Shown here in pieces: positions 12,074-24,856 of a DNA stretch of 64,000 nucleotides. The notes under the pieces were generated by a model that had not been told where the DNA came from, searched no databases, and saw nothing but the letters and a program-made list of their open reading frames with translations. A program made the translations under genes and the position numbers. The DNA is taken from assembly GCA_965603825.1 (NCBI GenBank), contig CBFDEM010000014.1, positions 558,001-622,000 of the forward strand. Reading direction: 5' to 3'. The DNA comes from Blepharisma stoltei ATCC 30299. Its lineage: Eukaryota > Protista > Ciliophora. Positions within the stretch are counted from its first letter, which is position 1. Each line of letters starts with the position of its first letter.

Positions 12074-13918
12074 ATGGGCTGCTGTTCTTCAAACAACGAG
12101 CAAGTTCGTACTCTTGAAAAAGAAATCGCTAATCTTAAAAGCGAAAAAAAAGACCTTAATGAAAAACTTAACACCACAAATTCCACAACAATTATTCATG
12201 AAAACGAGCCTTCAAGCGATGTCGTTCAATTAATCAGCTCTGAGCAAAATGAAGTTTCTCAAGTTTTACATATTTTGATCAATTACCTTGGAAATGCAGG
12301 ACAAATGATCCATGAGATTGGGGTTAACTCAAAAATCAAAGATCTTGAAAAGCAACAGGGGGTCGAAAAAATTAAGAAATACATGACTGTGAGGAAGGAA
12401 GAGACGAGTCTTGAGTTAAGACTTTGTGAAAATGTTAAGCAAGCTGCTGAAAGGCTAGAACAACTGGATAGCGAAAAAAGAGCAGATATTAATAGCAAAA
12501 TTAATGAATTAGAAAGCTTAATTCCTGAAAGTTCCAATTCAAAGCCTTTTCTGGATGCAATTAAGAAAAAATCAGATGAATATGGTGGGAAAAAAGATTT
12601 AAATATTGTCAATGTGGCTACAAGGCTGCTAAATACGTTACATTTAGAGCATGAGATTGTGGTGCTAAAAAATAATTTACCAAAAAATTATGATGAGGTT
12701 GAAGGAGAAGCTGTTAAAAATTTAAAGCAAATCCAAGAAGAATTGCTACAAGCTCTAAATGAGTCTTATTTAAACCTCAAAAAGATCAGCTTAGACCATG
12801 GCTCTCCAGATGATAATGCAAAGATAAATTCTATGAAAAATCTCACTGAGCCAGAGTTTTTCTCTGATTCTATCTTATCTGTTGCAAATTCACTATCAAA
12901 TGGATTTAAAAATTTAATCTCAATAGAAAAAGAAAAAACAAGGATTTTGCAAGCGAATACAGTCGATAACGAAATTAATCAAATTGATGAAAAAATGAGC
13001 AAATACTTAGAGCAGTCAAATTCTGCAAAAGAGAAGACCCTTTCAAGTTTACAAAGACATTTGGGAGGAGCTGAAAAAGTTGACGTTCAAAAAATAACAG
13101 ATTTGTCAAAGCTTTTTAGCTCAGCCAAAGGAAATATCCATTCATCTTTACTAGGAGCTTTAGGGACTCTTAACCAAAAAAGTTTATTGAAGACTACTAG
13201 ATCGCTTCGGTCAAAAATAGAAACAATAATAAGCCATTCAGAACAGCAGGATAAAGCGTTATTTAACTTAGCTGAGCAGGTTGCAGGCGTTCAAAATCAT
13301 TTAGATGATCTTGAAATCCAATTAGACGAATTTTTGAAGCAAGAGATGAGAGAGTTAACCAGAACTGTATCAGCAAATGATCAAGAATCAAGAGATTTAT
13401 TGGACAAGCTTAAACCAGTGATTTTTGAAAGAAACTCCCAAGCTGAAACTGCTATGAATATAGTCGACCATCTTGGTGTAATCTTCAATAAATTTAAAGG
13501 TTCCCATAAAATTGAGCAAACTAGAGAGAAAATTCGAGAATACAATAAAGATGAAATTAATCGCGTAAAATCAGAAATGCAAGAAAAAATTAACCAATTA
13601 GAAGATAGAAAATCCCAGCTCGAAACTGAAAATGAAAGAATTGAAGCTCAAATAAAAATACTGCAAGCAAGCATACAAGCTGATGCCGAAATTGTTAACA
13701 ATTTGAGCCAAAGTTCGTCAAGCAAAGAAATGGAAATGAGCAACTTGAAAAATCAAGTCACAAGCTTAACCGAAGAAATTTCAAATTTAAAGGAAGAACT
13801 GGATAAGGCTCAAGATGAAATATCAGACATGAGGAAGGAAAATAGGACTTTGAAAAAGTCTATAAGAGAAAAAGAAAACGAAATTAGAGAGCTTAATGAA
13901 AAGGTTGGAGCAGCTTAG
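12074..13918 (+). CDS. Long coiled-coil protein with MGCCSS dual-acylation motif
   Basis: 614-aa ORF, heptad-rich; N-terminal Gly2-Cys3-Cys4-Ser6. Confidence 0.85.
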   Translation: MGCCSSNNEQVRTLEKEIANLKSEKKDLNEKLNTTNSTTIIHENEPSSDVVQLISSEQNEVSQVLHILINYLGNAGQMIHEIGVNSKIKDLEKQQGVEKIKKYMTVRKEETSLELRLCENVKQAAERLEQLDSEKRADINSKINELESLIPESSNSKPFLDAIKKKSDEYGGKKDLNIVNVATRLLNTLHLEHEIVVLKNNLPKNYDEVEGEAVKNLKQIQEELLQALNESYLNLKKISLDHGSPDDNAKINSMKNLTEPEFFSDSILSVANSLSNGFKNLISIEKEKTRILQANTVDNEINQIDEKMSKYLEQSNSAKEKTLSSLQRHLGGAEKVDVQKITDLSKLFSSAKGNIHSSLLGALGTLNQKSLLKTTRSLRSKIETIISHSEQQDKALFNLAEQVAGVQNHLDDLEIQLDEFLKQEMRELTRTVSANDQESRDLLDKLKPVIFERNSQAETAMNIVDHLGVIFNKFKGSHKIEQTREKIREYNKDEINRVKSEMQEKINQLEDRKSQLETENERIEAQIKILQASIQADAEIVNNLSQSSSSKEMEMSNLKNQVTSLTEEISNLKEELDKAQDEISDMRKENRTLKKSIREKENEIRELNEKVGAA

Positions 13919-14448
13919 AATTTTTTAATTTTCAAATAACTTTCAATTGATTAAAGCAGGGAGCGGAATTTTTAAAATAATATTACATGTATCGATAATA
14001 GAATCTCTATTGAAAATTTGCTAATATATATGATTTCACTGTTCAGCTTATAGAATAGATTGGTTTCAGAGCTACAATCAAAAGATCTTCTTTTTGGTAC
14101 AGTTCTTTATATTGATCCTTTAAAGATGGTGGCAGAACCGTCAAACTAGTTAGACCAAGTATGATGGAACTTTTAGAAAAAATTGATAAAATATTTACTT
14201 AAATTATTTATCTAAAATAATATCCTGGATATTTTCGAAGACGATTAAAATTTAATCTAAATTGATAATATTTGTTTGGCATAATTATTAAATTTTCAGG
14301 AGTTATCAAGAACTAAATTTAAGTATTAATTAAATATATAAATCAAGTGTGCAAAACAAATTCTGCCAAATTTATGTTTTAAATAAATAAGCATAAATAA
14401 ATATGGATTTATTATTTTAATATGACGATTTCTTATCTCTTTGCTTAT

Positions 14449-14625
14449 GGCGGGAAAATCCTAATAAACTCTCCACTTTTCCTCTCTATCTTCAAATTGC
14501 TTCAAATACCTTCTGAAATTGAATTTCCTTCTCAATTTCCCCATTATCTCTATCTTTCTCTCCCCCTTCCCTTAATCCTTTTTCATTTTCTATTAATTCA
14601 TAATAGAAAATAATTGAATTGGCGC
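14449..14625 (+). promoter_or_regulatory. Cyclin upstream region: E2F-like sites and pyrimidine-rich tract
   Basis: GGCGGGAAAA at 14449-14458 (reverse TTTTCCCGCC) and ATTGGCGC at 14618-14625 flank a C/T-rich, G-poor tract. Confidence 0.4.
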
Positions 14626-14626
14626 A

Positions 14627-15904
14627 ATGTATCAACCCCATTCAAAAGATTATGCAGTACTCACCTCTGCTCGCCCCCAGACCCAGACTGTTTCCTCACA
14701 CTATCAAAATGAAAACAATTTTAAAGGTTGCTCATCCCTTTATAAAGACTCTTGTGATACAAAAAATTCAATTGCTTCAGAAATTGACCTTGAATGCCAT
14801 GATACTTTAGACTCTGCATCTGCTGATCTTGAGATGTCCCCTCCTATTTGAAAGCCAAAAGATGATGATTTCCTTCAAATTGTCAAAGAAAAGCAAAACA
14901 GTTATATGCCGAATCCTAATTTTATGGAATACAATCAGCCATATATAAATCCGATTATGAGGACAATACTTTTTGATTGGATGATTGAGGTTACCAGCGA
15001 GTTCTTAATGAAGCGGGAAAGTGTGTATTTAGCAATGAATTATGTGGATAGACTCTCATCAATTGTCCCTAATATAAAAAAAGAAGAATACCAGCTTGTT
15101 GGAGTAACCGCACTATATATAGCTTCAAAACTTGATGAAATTTACCAGCCAAAAATCAGTGACTTCGAAAGAGCAGCCGCAATGGGATATTCTGTAGCAA
15201 GCATAAAAATAATGGAAAAAGCTATGCTTAAACATCTAGGATGGAAAATTCTTCCAATTACCACTTATAATATTTTGAATTGACTATTAAACCAGTGAGA
15301 CTCATATATTACTTATCATTTTGGAAGCCAAGTTTACAATAATCCTAATGATTTTAAAAATTTACCAAATGATGAAAAAATTAAAGTGCAAAAAAAATAT
15401 GAAGAAAGGTTCATTACTTTCAAGCAAGCAAATAATCAGTCTTATATGAGGTTCCGAGATATAATTCATGTCCTAGACGCTTCGTTTTTGGATCAGCGAA
15501 CATTAAGGTTCCCTCCAAGAATTATTGCTGGGAGTTTATTTTATTTAATGACTTCAAAATTCTTCAAAAATTCCAAATATGCTCTTTTCCTTCACAATAC
15601 CATGTTCCAGGACCAAGATTGTCTCCAGCTTGAGTTTGAATTTGCTTGTAGAGCTCAACAATTTATTGCAACTTTTCTGTCGAGTACCTTGGAAATTGAT
15701 AATTTGGAAGAAATTTATGATTCTGCAACCTTTTTAATGCAGTATGCAGAAATTGATTTTACGTACGAGCTACCAATGGTTTGCAAGTTGCAGTCAAAAG
15801 AAAGGATTGAGCAACACTATGAAGAGTTTTTGACGTATCAAACACATAACCCAGCTCATAAAGATTTTGTGGAAAATAGAATGAAATGTATGAGGCAAAA
15901 CTAA
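14627..15904 (+). CDS. Cyclin (cyclin A/E-like cyclin box), 425 aa
   Basis: Three track ORFs in one frame joined by TGA (14849, 15281, 15296); MRTILFDWMIEV, YQLVGVTALYIASKLDEIYQP. Confidence 0.92.
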
Positions 15905-16278
15905 ACAAAATTAAAACGTGCTAAAATATTTGGCAGTCCTAGAGCCTGAATTTTTAGTAATGAAATAATTTAACATTTTCACATAATTTATAACAACTCT
16001 GATTTGAAATATGCCGAAAATTTATTAGGAGAATTCCTCAACCATATAAAGTTTTCACAATATTCTATCTTTCCTTTATTATTATAATTATCACTCAAAT
16101 ACAAATTATTTATAATCTAATTAGCATCTAAACGAAGCTTATCAGTCTTACAGTCAATAATTATAAAAATCTTTTATACATTACCCCACCTACTCTTTCT
16201 ATCAGTTACAAAAAAACAATTTACTCTAAAATAACTCTCAAAATTATTCAAAAATTTCTTATTGTTAGTTATAGTTAA

Positions 16279-16734
16279 TTAGATTGACAATCTTTTTCTT
16301 TTTATTTGTCCAAAAATTTCTCTTGGAAACCTTCTAACCTTTTTGGGTTGATCTACAGTCCACCTTTCAAGTGGTCTAAAGGTAACATTAAAAGGCGTTT
16401 GGTATCCATTGCCCATAAATGTAGGAGTTTTAGCGTCTAAAATTAAACTTTCGCTTTCTTTGATAGTAATCGATGGGAAAAACCCAGTTTTTATAGGTAT
16501 CATAGATGAATTAAATGATTTTTCACGATGCTTTTTTGATAATTCACTGATTAGTGAATCATTGTGATGCTTCCCTTTACCGGAGCTTAAACTTAAAATC
16601 CTAGAGGGGTCTGTAAATGATTTATATCTTCGATTGCTGCTTATTTTTATAGTTGGTCGTAGATGTGATTTTATAGGAGTTATTAATGCTGAAAACTCTG
16701 AATCTTGATTGTTTAATACGCTGCTCATTTCCAT
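16279..16734 (-). CDS. Hypothetical basic Ser-rich protein
   Basis: ORF with ATG at 16734; low complexity, no domain recognised. Confidence 0.6.
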   Translation of the reverse strand: MEMSSVLNNQDSEFSALITPIKSHLRPTIKISSNRRYKSFTDPSRILSLSSGKGKHHNDSLISELSKKHREKSFNSSMIPIKTGFFPSITIKESESLILDAKTPTFMGNGYQTPFNVTFRPLERWTVDQPKKVRRFPREIFGQIKRKRLSI

Positions 16735-16858
16735 TACCAATCAAAATGGTGCCGCAAAGTAATATTAATTATCTGTGAGTTATTTAAACTTCATTATATT
16801 TTTGGGAATTTAGTTACTGAATTTTTTATTTAAGAAAATAATTTTTTGATTTAAATAT

Positions 16859-17650
16859 TTATGGAGACCCTGAGTAGTCGCCTTTATCCGAAACAATCAC
16901 ATCTTCATTTATAAAAGAAGATCCATCACCCATTTCCCAGAATCTTTTAATTGTTTTTATGAGCTTATCATCTTCAATATCTGTTGTAATGTCACATGTT
17001 AATTTTAGTGCCCCATCTATTCAGCTGCCAACTTCCCAGTTATTTTTTATTCCTCCACTTGGGACTTCTACATTAGGCATTTGAGGATTGTCTATAAAAT
17101 CTCCAGCGAGCAATATCACTGTAACTGATTTGGTATTGTCATGAGGCCCACATCCTATCCCGATTTTTTTAAAATTTCCACTAAGAAAATTGATGCGATG
17201 CTCTCTTGATTCAATGCCATCGTCAACTAGAAAGCTGTGAATTACTTCATATCCAGTTAAGCTTCCATAATCTAAGGCTTCTGTCACACATTCAGACCAT
17301 TTACCAAATGGGTCCAAACGATCACTTAAACTATTTGATGAAGGTGTAAAATGGCCTATAATATTTTGGTTCCATGAGAAGTTTGCCCAGGATTGTGCAG
17401 CTTTTGAGAGACCAAGGCTAATTTTGAGAGGTTTGACTGGGCGGCTTCTTCTAAGAGTTTCAATCAACTCATTGGCTGGCCCTTTTCCTTCTTTTGTAAT
17501 AACAGGGACGTCTCCTTCTCTATGGTATAAATTATGAGTTTTATAATTTTCTAAATTACCCTCTACTATTTCTGCAAACCGGCTTGGGTTAGTTCTGGCT
17601 AAGTTGATATATTCGAAAGCATCACTTATAATTTTTTCAAAGTTTTCCAT
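16859..17650 (-). CDS. CAP/SCP (allergen V5/Tpx-1) domain protein, 263 aa
   Basis: INLARTNP, LSKAAQ, LVDDGIESREHRINFL, KKIGIGCGPH; reads through TGA 17021 to TAA 16859. Confidence 0.88.
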
Positions 17651-17736
17651 GTTTTATATTGTTTATCTATTTAATAATTATAAATAACCTTTCTCTATTA
17701 CTAGCATATTTTTGATGTTTTTAAAAAAATTTAGTA

Positions 17737-18597
17737 TTAAAGCTGCTCCTCTACATTAGTTAATGCCCAGATCTGCACATTATATATTTCCATCTGCGCT
17801 GGCACTGCCGCATAATCACAGCACCCAGGAAAACTGCAAGGCCAATTTCCTCCTACAGCTAAATCGAAAATTATATTAAACGGCTGATTATAAGGAGCAT
17901 TTCCAGGGTATTTTTGTCCATTGCTATTCAATGAATACCACTGTGAAGAGTTTATGTGGTTTATTAATTTTCCTCCTTGTATAGATCCATTTATCATTTG
18001 AGCGTCAAGCCAAATGTTCATATAAGTTTGCTGCCATTCAACGCCATACCAATGAGGCTGGTTCCAAGTTACCTCAAAAGGATAAGCATTGCTTGGAAAT
18101 ACAGGATATTGCACATTATTCGGCCATACTCCACCAAAATGTAAAGTAGAATATCCTGAGCTGTTAGAACAAATTGTCTCCATTATATCAATTTCTCCAC
18201 AAGCAGCCCAGCCACCATATACAGACTGAGCATTTGGAGGCATCATAAAAATAGCAGGCCATAATGCGCTTCCTTTAGGAACGACAGCTTTCACGTTGAA
18301 AAATCCATATGGACCCCATGGCCTTACAGAGTTTACTTTTCCAGAGGTATAATTATAGCCTTTATAATTCTGAGCTACAGCTCTAAGAACTAAGGCATTT
18401 TGTCCGTTTATTTTTGTAATAAACACATTTGTAGGGGTGTCTGTGTAGTATTCCCAGTCATTATTTCCTGAGTCTGCTCCAGCCATGACATTTTCAATCC
18501 AGTTGCTCATATCTTGAAAAGTATCATTCATTACATTTACATACCCACTAAAAACGCCACTAATCAAAACTGTAAACAAAATTATTTGTTTCACCAT
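17737..18597 (-). CDS. Secreted GH16 beta-1,3-glucanase (laminarinase-like), 286 aa
   Basis: Signal peptide MVKQIILFTVLISGVFSG; YTSGKV, LWPAIFMMP, catalytic GEIDIME, DLAVGGNWP. Confidence 0.93.
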   Translation of the reverse strand: MVKQIILFTVLISGVFSGYVNVMNDTFQDMSNWIENVMAGADSGNNDWEYYTDTPTNVFITKINGQNALVLRAVAQNYKGYNYTSGKVNSVRPWGPYGFFNVKAVVPKGSALWPAIFMMPPNAQSVYGGWAACGEIDIMETICSNSSGYSTLHFGGVWPNNVQYPVFPSNAYPFEVTWNQPHWYGVEWQQTYMNIWLDAQMINGSIQGGKLINHINSSQWYSLNSNGQKYPGNAPYNQPFNIIFDLAVGGNWPCSFPGCCDYAAVPAQMEIYNVQIWALTNVEEQL

Positions 18598-18687
18598 TTT
18601 TCTAATTTTATAAAATTTCCAATAGAAAACTCTAATAAAGTGCATATCTTTATTAATGGTCTATTCCAAAAAGAAATATAATAAACG

Positions 18688-19680
18688 ATGGAGGAAACTT
18701 CTCCTATGTCAGAAACCGTTCTAATGGAAAAAATCCAAAAATTTTTTGATGAATTTCATTTAAATGCACTCCAAAGAGCTGGAGCTATGAAGTTCATAAA
18801 GGAAAAAATTTCAAATCCTGATGACTTAAGTGTCAATCATATAAGAGAATGGATGCTGGCAAAGCTAAACAATAAAAGAATACCTCCTATCGCACCAATG
18901 CAAAGAGGATGCCCTGAAATCATACCAGGCTTACGTGCACATCCATGGTGGGATGCAAATGAATTTCCATGGATTCGGGATATAGAAGCCAATTATGAGG
19001 TAATCAAATCTGAGCTGTTAGCTTTATATAATAAAGGAGGATTTCAGCCATATCGAGGCCCTTCTTGGGCTGTAGGCATTCCATCTCAAGATGTTGGCAC
19101 CCAAAGCCACACATCTGGAGACTGGAATGTGTTTTATTTATACCTCCACGGTATGAGTTTTGATGAAAATCTTGCCAAATGTCCAGAAACTGTCAGAGTT
19201 ATTAACACTTATGTTCCAAGGCATTATGAGCATGCTTTTTTTTCTGCTTTAAACCCAGGAACTCATGTTTTATCCCACCATGGACCTACTAATAAAAAAT
19301 TAAGGCTGCATTTGCCTATAGTTGATTTATCTGGCACCAGATTGAGAGCTGCAGAAGAAACAAGGACTTTTGAAGAAGGAAAAGTTGCTGTTTTTGATGA
19401 TTCTTTTGATCACGAAGCTTGGCATGAAGGGACAACAACAAGAGTAAATTTAATTATTGATTTTTGGCACCCAGATTTAAGTGATGATGAAGTCAAATTC
19501 TTAAAAATAATGCAAAAATCAAAAATTCGAGCTGAAAAAGAAATTACGTCTAATGAGCAGGATACATTTTATTCTGTAATTGAAAGAGCAAAGGATATTA
19601 GGCCTGGAGATAATTCATGATGGTGTCTTTCAGAAGAAAATGAAAGAGCCTTAATAGCAGCTGGCAATAAAGAAGAGTAA
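18688..19680 (+). CDS. Aspartyl/asparaginyl beta-hydroxylase (AspH/LpxO-like 2OG-Fe(II) dioxygenase), 330 aa
   Basis: FFSALNPGTHVLSHHGPTNKKLRLHLP, FDDSFDHEAWH, LIIDFWHPDL; TGA 19618 reads through to TAA 19680. Confidence 0.92.
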
Positions 19681-20269
19681 ATTAAAATAAATTAAAAGGG
19701 TAGGAATTAATAAACAAATATTTATTTTTGGGAGCTTATAGTTTAAAGAATTTTTCTAATTTAAGAGGCGAAATATTTGGGCCAAAAGCTATATTTACTT
19801 TAAAAAAATATACATTCATTCGAATTAAAAATGATCAGCATATTCAATAGACTTATATTAAGCAAATATCTTTTAGAATTTATCCAAATATGCCAATTTT
19901 TATATGAGCTTCATAATAATCACTTTTTTATTTCATAGATTTTATACAATAAATTTCAGATTAATTAGGAATTATACTATCTATCTTCTTAAAAATCAAC
20001 AGCAAATTATGAAAATTAATTTTTAATATAAGTAATAATAATAGCATATGGTGAGAATAGCAGCATAGGATTAATTAGCCACTTCTATAAATAAAAAATT
20101 ATGCAATTTCCAGTGCTCTATAATTTGTCAAAATTAATGGTATAAATTTTTTTAAAAGAAATCTGGATCAACTCATAGAATTTAAAAAATATTAAGCACA
20201 TAACTCAAAGAAATTTTTCATCTTATTTATCTAATAACTAAAATCCAATAATATTTGTAATCAAAACAT

Positions 20270-23200
20270 ATGAGTTTAGCTTCCGAACTACAAAAGAAAG
20301 TTCATCAATTCACCTCAAATGAAGGAGAAGATATTGAAATTTCATGAAGCCTTGGATACTTAACCTATAATAATTACAAAAGTAGATCATATAGGAGTAT
20401 TTTTATCAACTTTCTTTATAATCTAAGAAGCAGAGAAAAAGAATCAGAGAAAAAATCATCCTTAATATATTTAATAAAAATAGTGTCAAGCAAAATTATT
20501 TTTTCACTGCAGTTGTCAAGTCTTGCGTGAAACCAAAAATCTTCTTATGATTGAAAATCAATTGAAATCTTTTGAATTATTTTGGGCTATGCAAGAATTG
20601 ATGCAATATTTTCTGATTTGGGCATTTTTAGCACGTTTTTATATCTTACAATATCTATAATTTGGGTGTATTTTGTGCTATTAGCTATATTGCACTTATT
20701 ATCAAAAACAAGTAAAAAAATATTTTTATTTATATTGCAATTGGAAAAACTGTGGAGAAATCTAATTTTTAGTATAGGTTATATCCCTATGACCTACTCA
20801 ATGGTTACAACAATAAAATATCTGCTAATTTATCCTAATCAAGAAATGCCAGAATATCAAGATAAAATGCTGGATAAAAATTTAATGGATTTTATCATAC
20901 CATTCATAATAACTGTTATTTTATTATTTTTATTTATATATACCCATGAAATTTTTATATATGAAGATAGGCATAGCTATTCTAAATACAACTGATTATC
21001 AAGATCACACTCAAACGCGGAAAAGCTAAAACTAATTGGGATTAATTTGATTTTTATCACAAGTATGCTATGTGACTCCTCAAATTTAGTTTATATTCGT
21101 GTAGCTATATGCTTTGTATCTTTCATAATTACTGCTGGATATGTTTATTATGTTCCTTACTATAACTCATCTATAAATTATTTAGAAGCATCAAGTACAC
21201 TATTTATTGGAATAGGATCTTTTGCCTATATAATTAGCGAAGAGCAAAATAACCCAATCACTGGCATTTTGCTATTTATTTTTTTAGGCCCTATTTTTTT
21301 ATGGTTTTTGAGAATTATTATGAAGCACAGATATTCACATATAAAAAAGCACAGTCTAATTAAACGATATCTAGATATATATGAATTCGAAAGAGCCATG
21401 AGAAATGACCTTTTTGACAAAGCAGCAAAGCAAGAGGTCCTGGAAACATTCGATTTATCATACTGCAACGAAAAATTAAATGTCTCAAGAATGATTGCTA
21501 TTTGGGAAGCAGACTATTGCCTAAATGTACTTCATAGCCCGAGACTGGCATCTATTAAAATTGGAGCTTGGTATCCATGAAAAAAGCCTAATTTTTCAGA
21601 AGAATTTTTGGAGTATTTTTTAAGAAAACAATTATTTGAGCAGCTTTGTAAGAGCTGCGAAGATATTCAATTCCTTATGTGTCTAGAAAAACTAAGAGAT
21701 TGAAAGAAAACTGATAAAAAATTTTGCATAAATCTAATCAATGTAGTCAATTTGATTTATATGCAACATTATGAAATCCCTTCTATTTTCAGCTCCATTA
21801 AGAGGCTGAATGAAAGATTCTGCACCCTGAGGAAAGATTATAATGAAATCGTCTTAAGTTTTCCTAGAAATTCTGAAGCACACTCACTGTTTTATAAAAA
21901 TATCAATGATATAACAAATTTAATGGAATCAGAGGAATTAACAGCCCATAAAAGTAGATATGAAGGTAATATGCATGCCATTGAAAAAAGTGCAGAAAAG
22001 CTGAACTATTTCGAAGAAAGCAGCGGTATAATTATTGCAAGCGGCTGCAAAAACAACCCTGGCACTATTTTGTTTGCAAATCATCATGCTTCAAAAATAT
22101 TAAGAGAAACTGTTATAGGGATTTTGGATTCTAATATAGATGATTATATACCTTATCCATTTAGCATTGAGCATAAAGCTTCTGTTGACAAATTTTTAAG
22201 GAGTTGTAAGACTGCTGATATAGAGCATTCTATGGAAGGAATCCTAAAAAGAAAAAATGGACTACTGGTTGAAATCACTTTTACAGTAAAATGCGCGTCA
22301 TTTGATAAGTATCCACTTTTACTTCTGCTATTTAGAGAAATAAATAATAACCGTCCTATATGTTTATTGGATGATGAGGGTAAAATTGTTGGCTTAAATG
22401 AACATTTTCCAATAATGCTATATTTATCAACTGAATCTTTATTGAATAAATCTATTTTTGATTTTAAATTACAAGTTGGAAGATCAGGCTTTTTCCGAGA
22501 TCTAAATGCAAGAGATATTTCTAAATCTGGGATAGATAATTTCCGTACTGGCGACTTTATCAGATTATGCAATCCTGTTAGTTACATTCTCTGCCAATAC
22601 TCTTCTACCAAGATTTCTAAAAAAAATATGAATCTACTAGCTATAACTCATGACGAAATTAGCCAAAATGCTGCTTTAAATAATCTGCGAGCCCACTTAA
22701 AAGATGTAGCTAAAAAAGCAGAGTTAGCGACTACAGACGATTGCCCAACTTTTAAAACTGAAAGAACTGAAAATTGCACTAATGTAGCTGTAATAAATGG
22801 AGCCAGCTTATCCAAAAAAAAATTAAAATTATTGACTCAGTCTAATAACATCCATATTCCAGGAGTCGATAGTCAGCAAAGCAAAGACGATTCAGTGACT
22901 CCAGATCAATCTTCTATATTGCCTAAACTTATGAAAGATGATTTTTGATGGGACAAATATCTCACAAAAATCAAAAAGCAATTTTTAATATATAAATGAG
23001 TACTATTGTTTTCAATAATTACTATAGTTGTAACCAATGCCATTATTTTGGGATTTGTATTAACTGAGCTAGACAAAACTAAAAATATCAGCTCTTTAAA
23101 AGAAACTGGGCTCATCATTGACACAATGCTGGCAATCTCTGGGCATGCAGTAAAAATGGATATATCTGACTATACAAATGCTACAGCTTTAACAGTAAGC

Positions 23201-24529
23201 CAAGGAATAATGAGGATAACGTCTTTTATTGAACAATTAAAATCAATGACAAAGGAAATGCTAAATGATCTCCCATCTTGAAACTATTGCCCTTCATTTT
23301 CTTTTTATATTGATAATGAAATTCCTATGTGAGAAACTGACGGAGATTATAAAATTGTCCTAAAAAATTTGGTCGATATTTGCCAAGGCTATGAGCATGC
23401 TGCTGGAGATTTTCTTGAAAAATTTGTAAAAAATGAATCATATATAAAAGATTATAATTATTTGGTATTAAATAGTATTGGCATAATAGCTGAACGGTCA
23501 AGTAGTTTAATGGACATTTTATCATCATGTGAAACTTATAGAACCAATAAATTGACTATGACTATTTCTTCACTTATAGCAATTGCAATTACTGTTCTTT
23601 TCATCTGTGCATGCATTATTACATATATTATTATTGACATTTGCCATACTTTGCAAAGTTTTTATAGTGTGATTTATAAAAAAATAAAGCATTCTTATAA
23701 AGATATTCAAAATAAGCTAATCAACAGACTTTCAGATATACACGGATTTGATTATTCAAATATAAATAATGTTCAAAATACTCTTCCAGTTAAAAAATGA
23801 TCCCAAAGTGATTATATAAGAATGCTGCTGAAAATTTCTATTTACTTCGTGCTGACTTTTGCATTTTATATGATTTTTTATTTTTATGCTTATAAAAAAG
23901 GTGAAGATTACTTGCTTTCTCGACCAGATTTTATTGCACTATTTATCAAGCGGCAATATTTTGGGAGAGTTCTTGCATTCTGAGCAAGAGTCTATGTATT
24001 TCAAAATACCCCAATCGGTCTTTATCATCGGTTAAACATGACATATTTCTTTGCTAATACTTCTCAAGAATATTTTGATCTTTTAGATTATTATCAAAAA
24101 TCATTAAAACTCCCTTTATGAGAAAAAAAAATCCAAAAATTCATATCTCCAGAACTTAGAGAGATGATTTTTGAGAGTTCAAATGCGACCTCTTTATATG
24201 CAAAATATGGAATTTCTTCATGCCAAGATGAACAATTTTTTCAGAGCACATATATTTTTGAAGACAAATGAAATCTAGCAAAATTTTCGTCAGTATTAAA
24301 AACAATTGATATAATAAGAGATACCTTGAACACAATTAATTATAATATTATAGATATAGCAACAAGACATTCCACAGACCTTATACTTCAAAATTTTGAA
24401 TTATTAACACAACTTACTATTATATATGCTGTTTTTGCAGCTGTTATATACATTGGATTTTATCTCCCAAGTATATCACATGAATTCGTAAGGCTAGAAA
24501 CTTTAAAAAGATTTTGCAAGCTAATTTAA
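20270..24529 (+). CDS. Large multi-transmembrane PAS-domain protein (TmcB/C-like ciliate family), paralog 1, about 1419 aa
   Basis: All track fragments lie in one frame and are separated only by TGA. N-terminal TM bundle, PAS-like ILFANHHASKIL...IDDYIPYPFSIEH, further C-terminal TM segments. Confidence 0.88.
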
Positions 24530-24856
24530 CAACATATTTGGTTAATATTAATGAAAAATTTATTAAATTATGTAGTAAAAAATTAACTTTAATAAATAAA
24601 ATTACTATCACTCATATATTAATTAATAATCATCAAAAAATAGTTATATTAAAATTATAAATTTAAAAATCCCAAATTAAGAAATTTATATTAGTGATAA
24701 AAATCACTAAATGTGTTTAATGAATAACAATTTTTATTCAGCAGGTAAAAATTTAAAAATTATCTCAAATTTGATTGAGCTATTACAATCTTATTATTAT
24801 AATAAGGCTATTTTTAATAAGAGATTATATACATTTAAATATAGTGAATTGAATTA

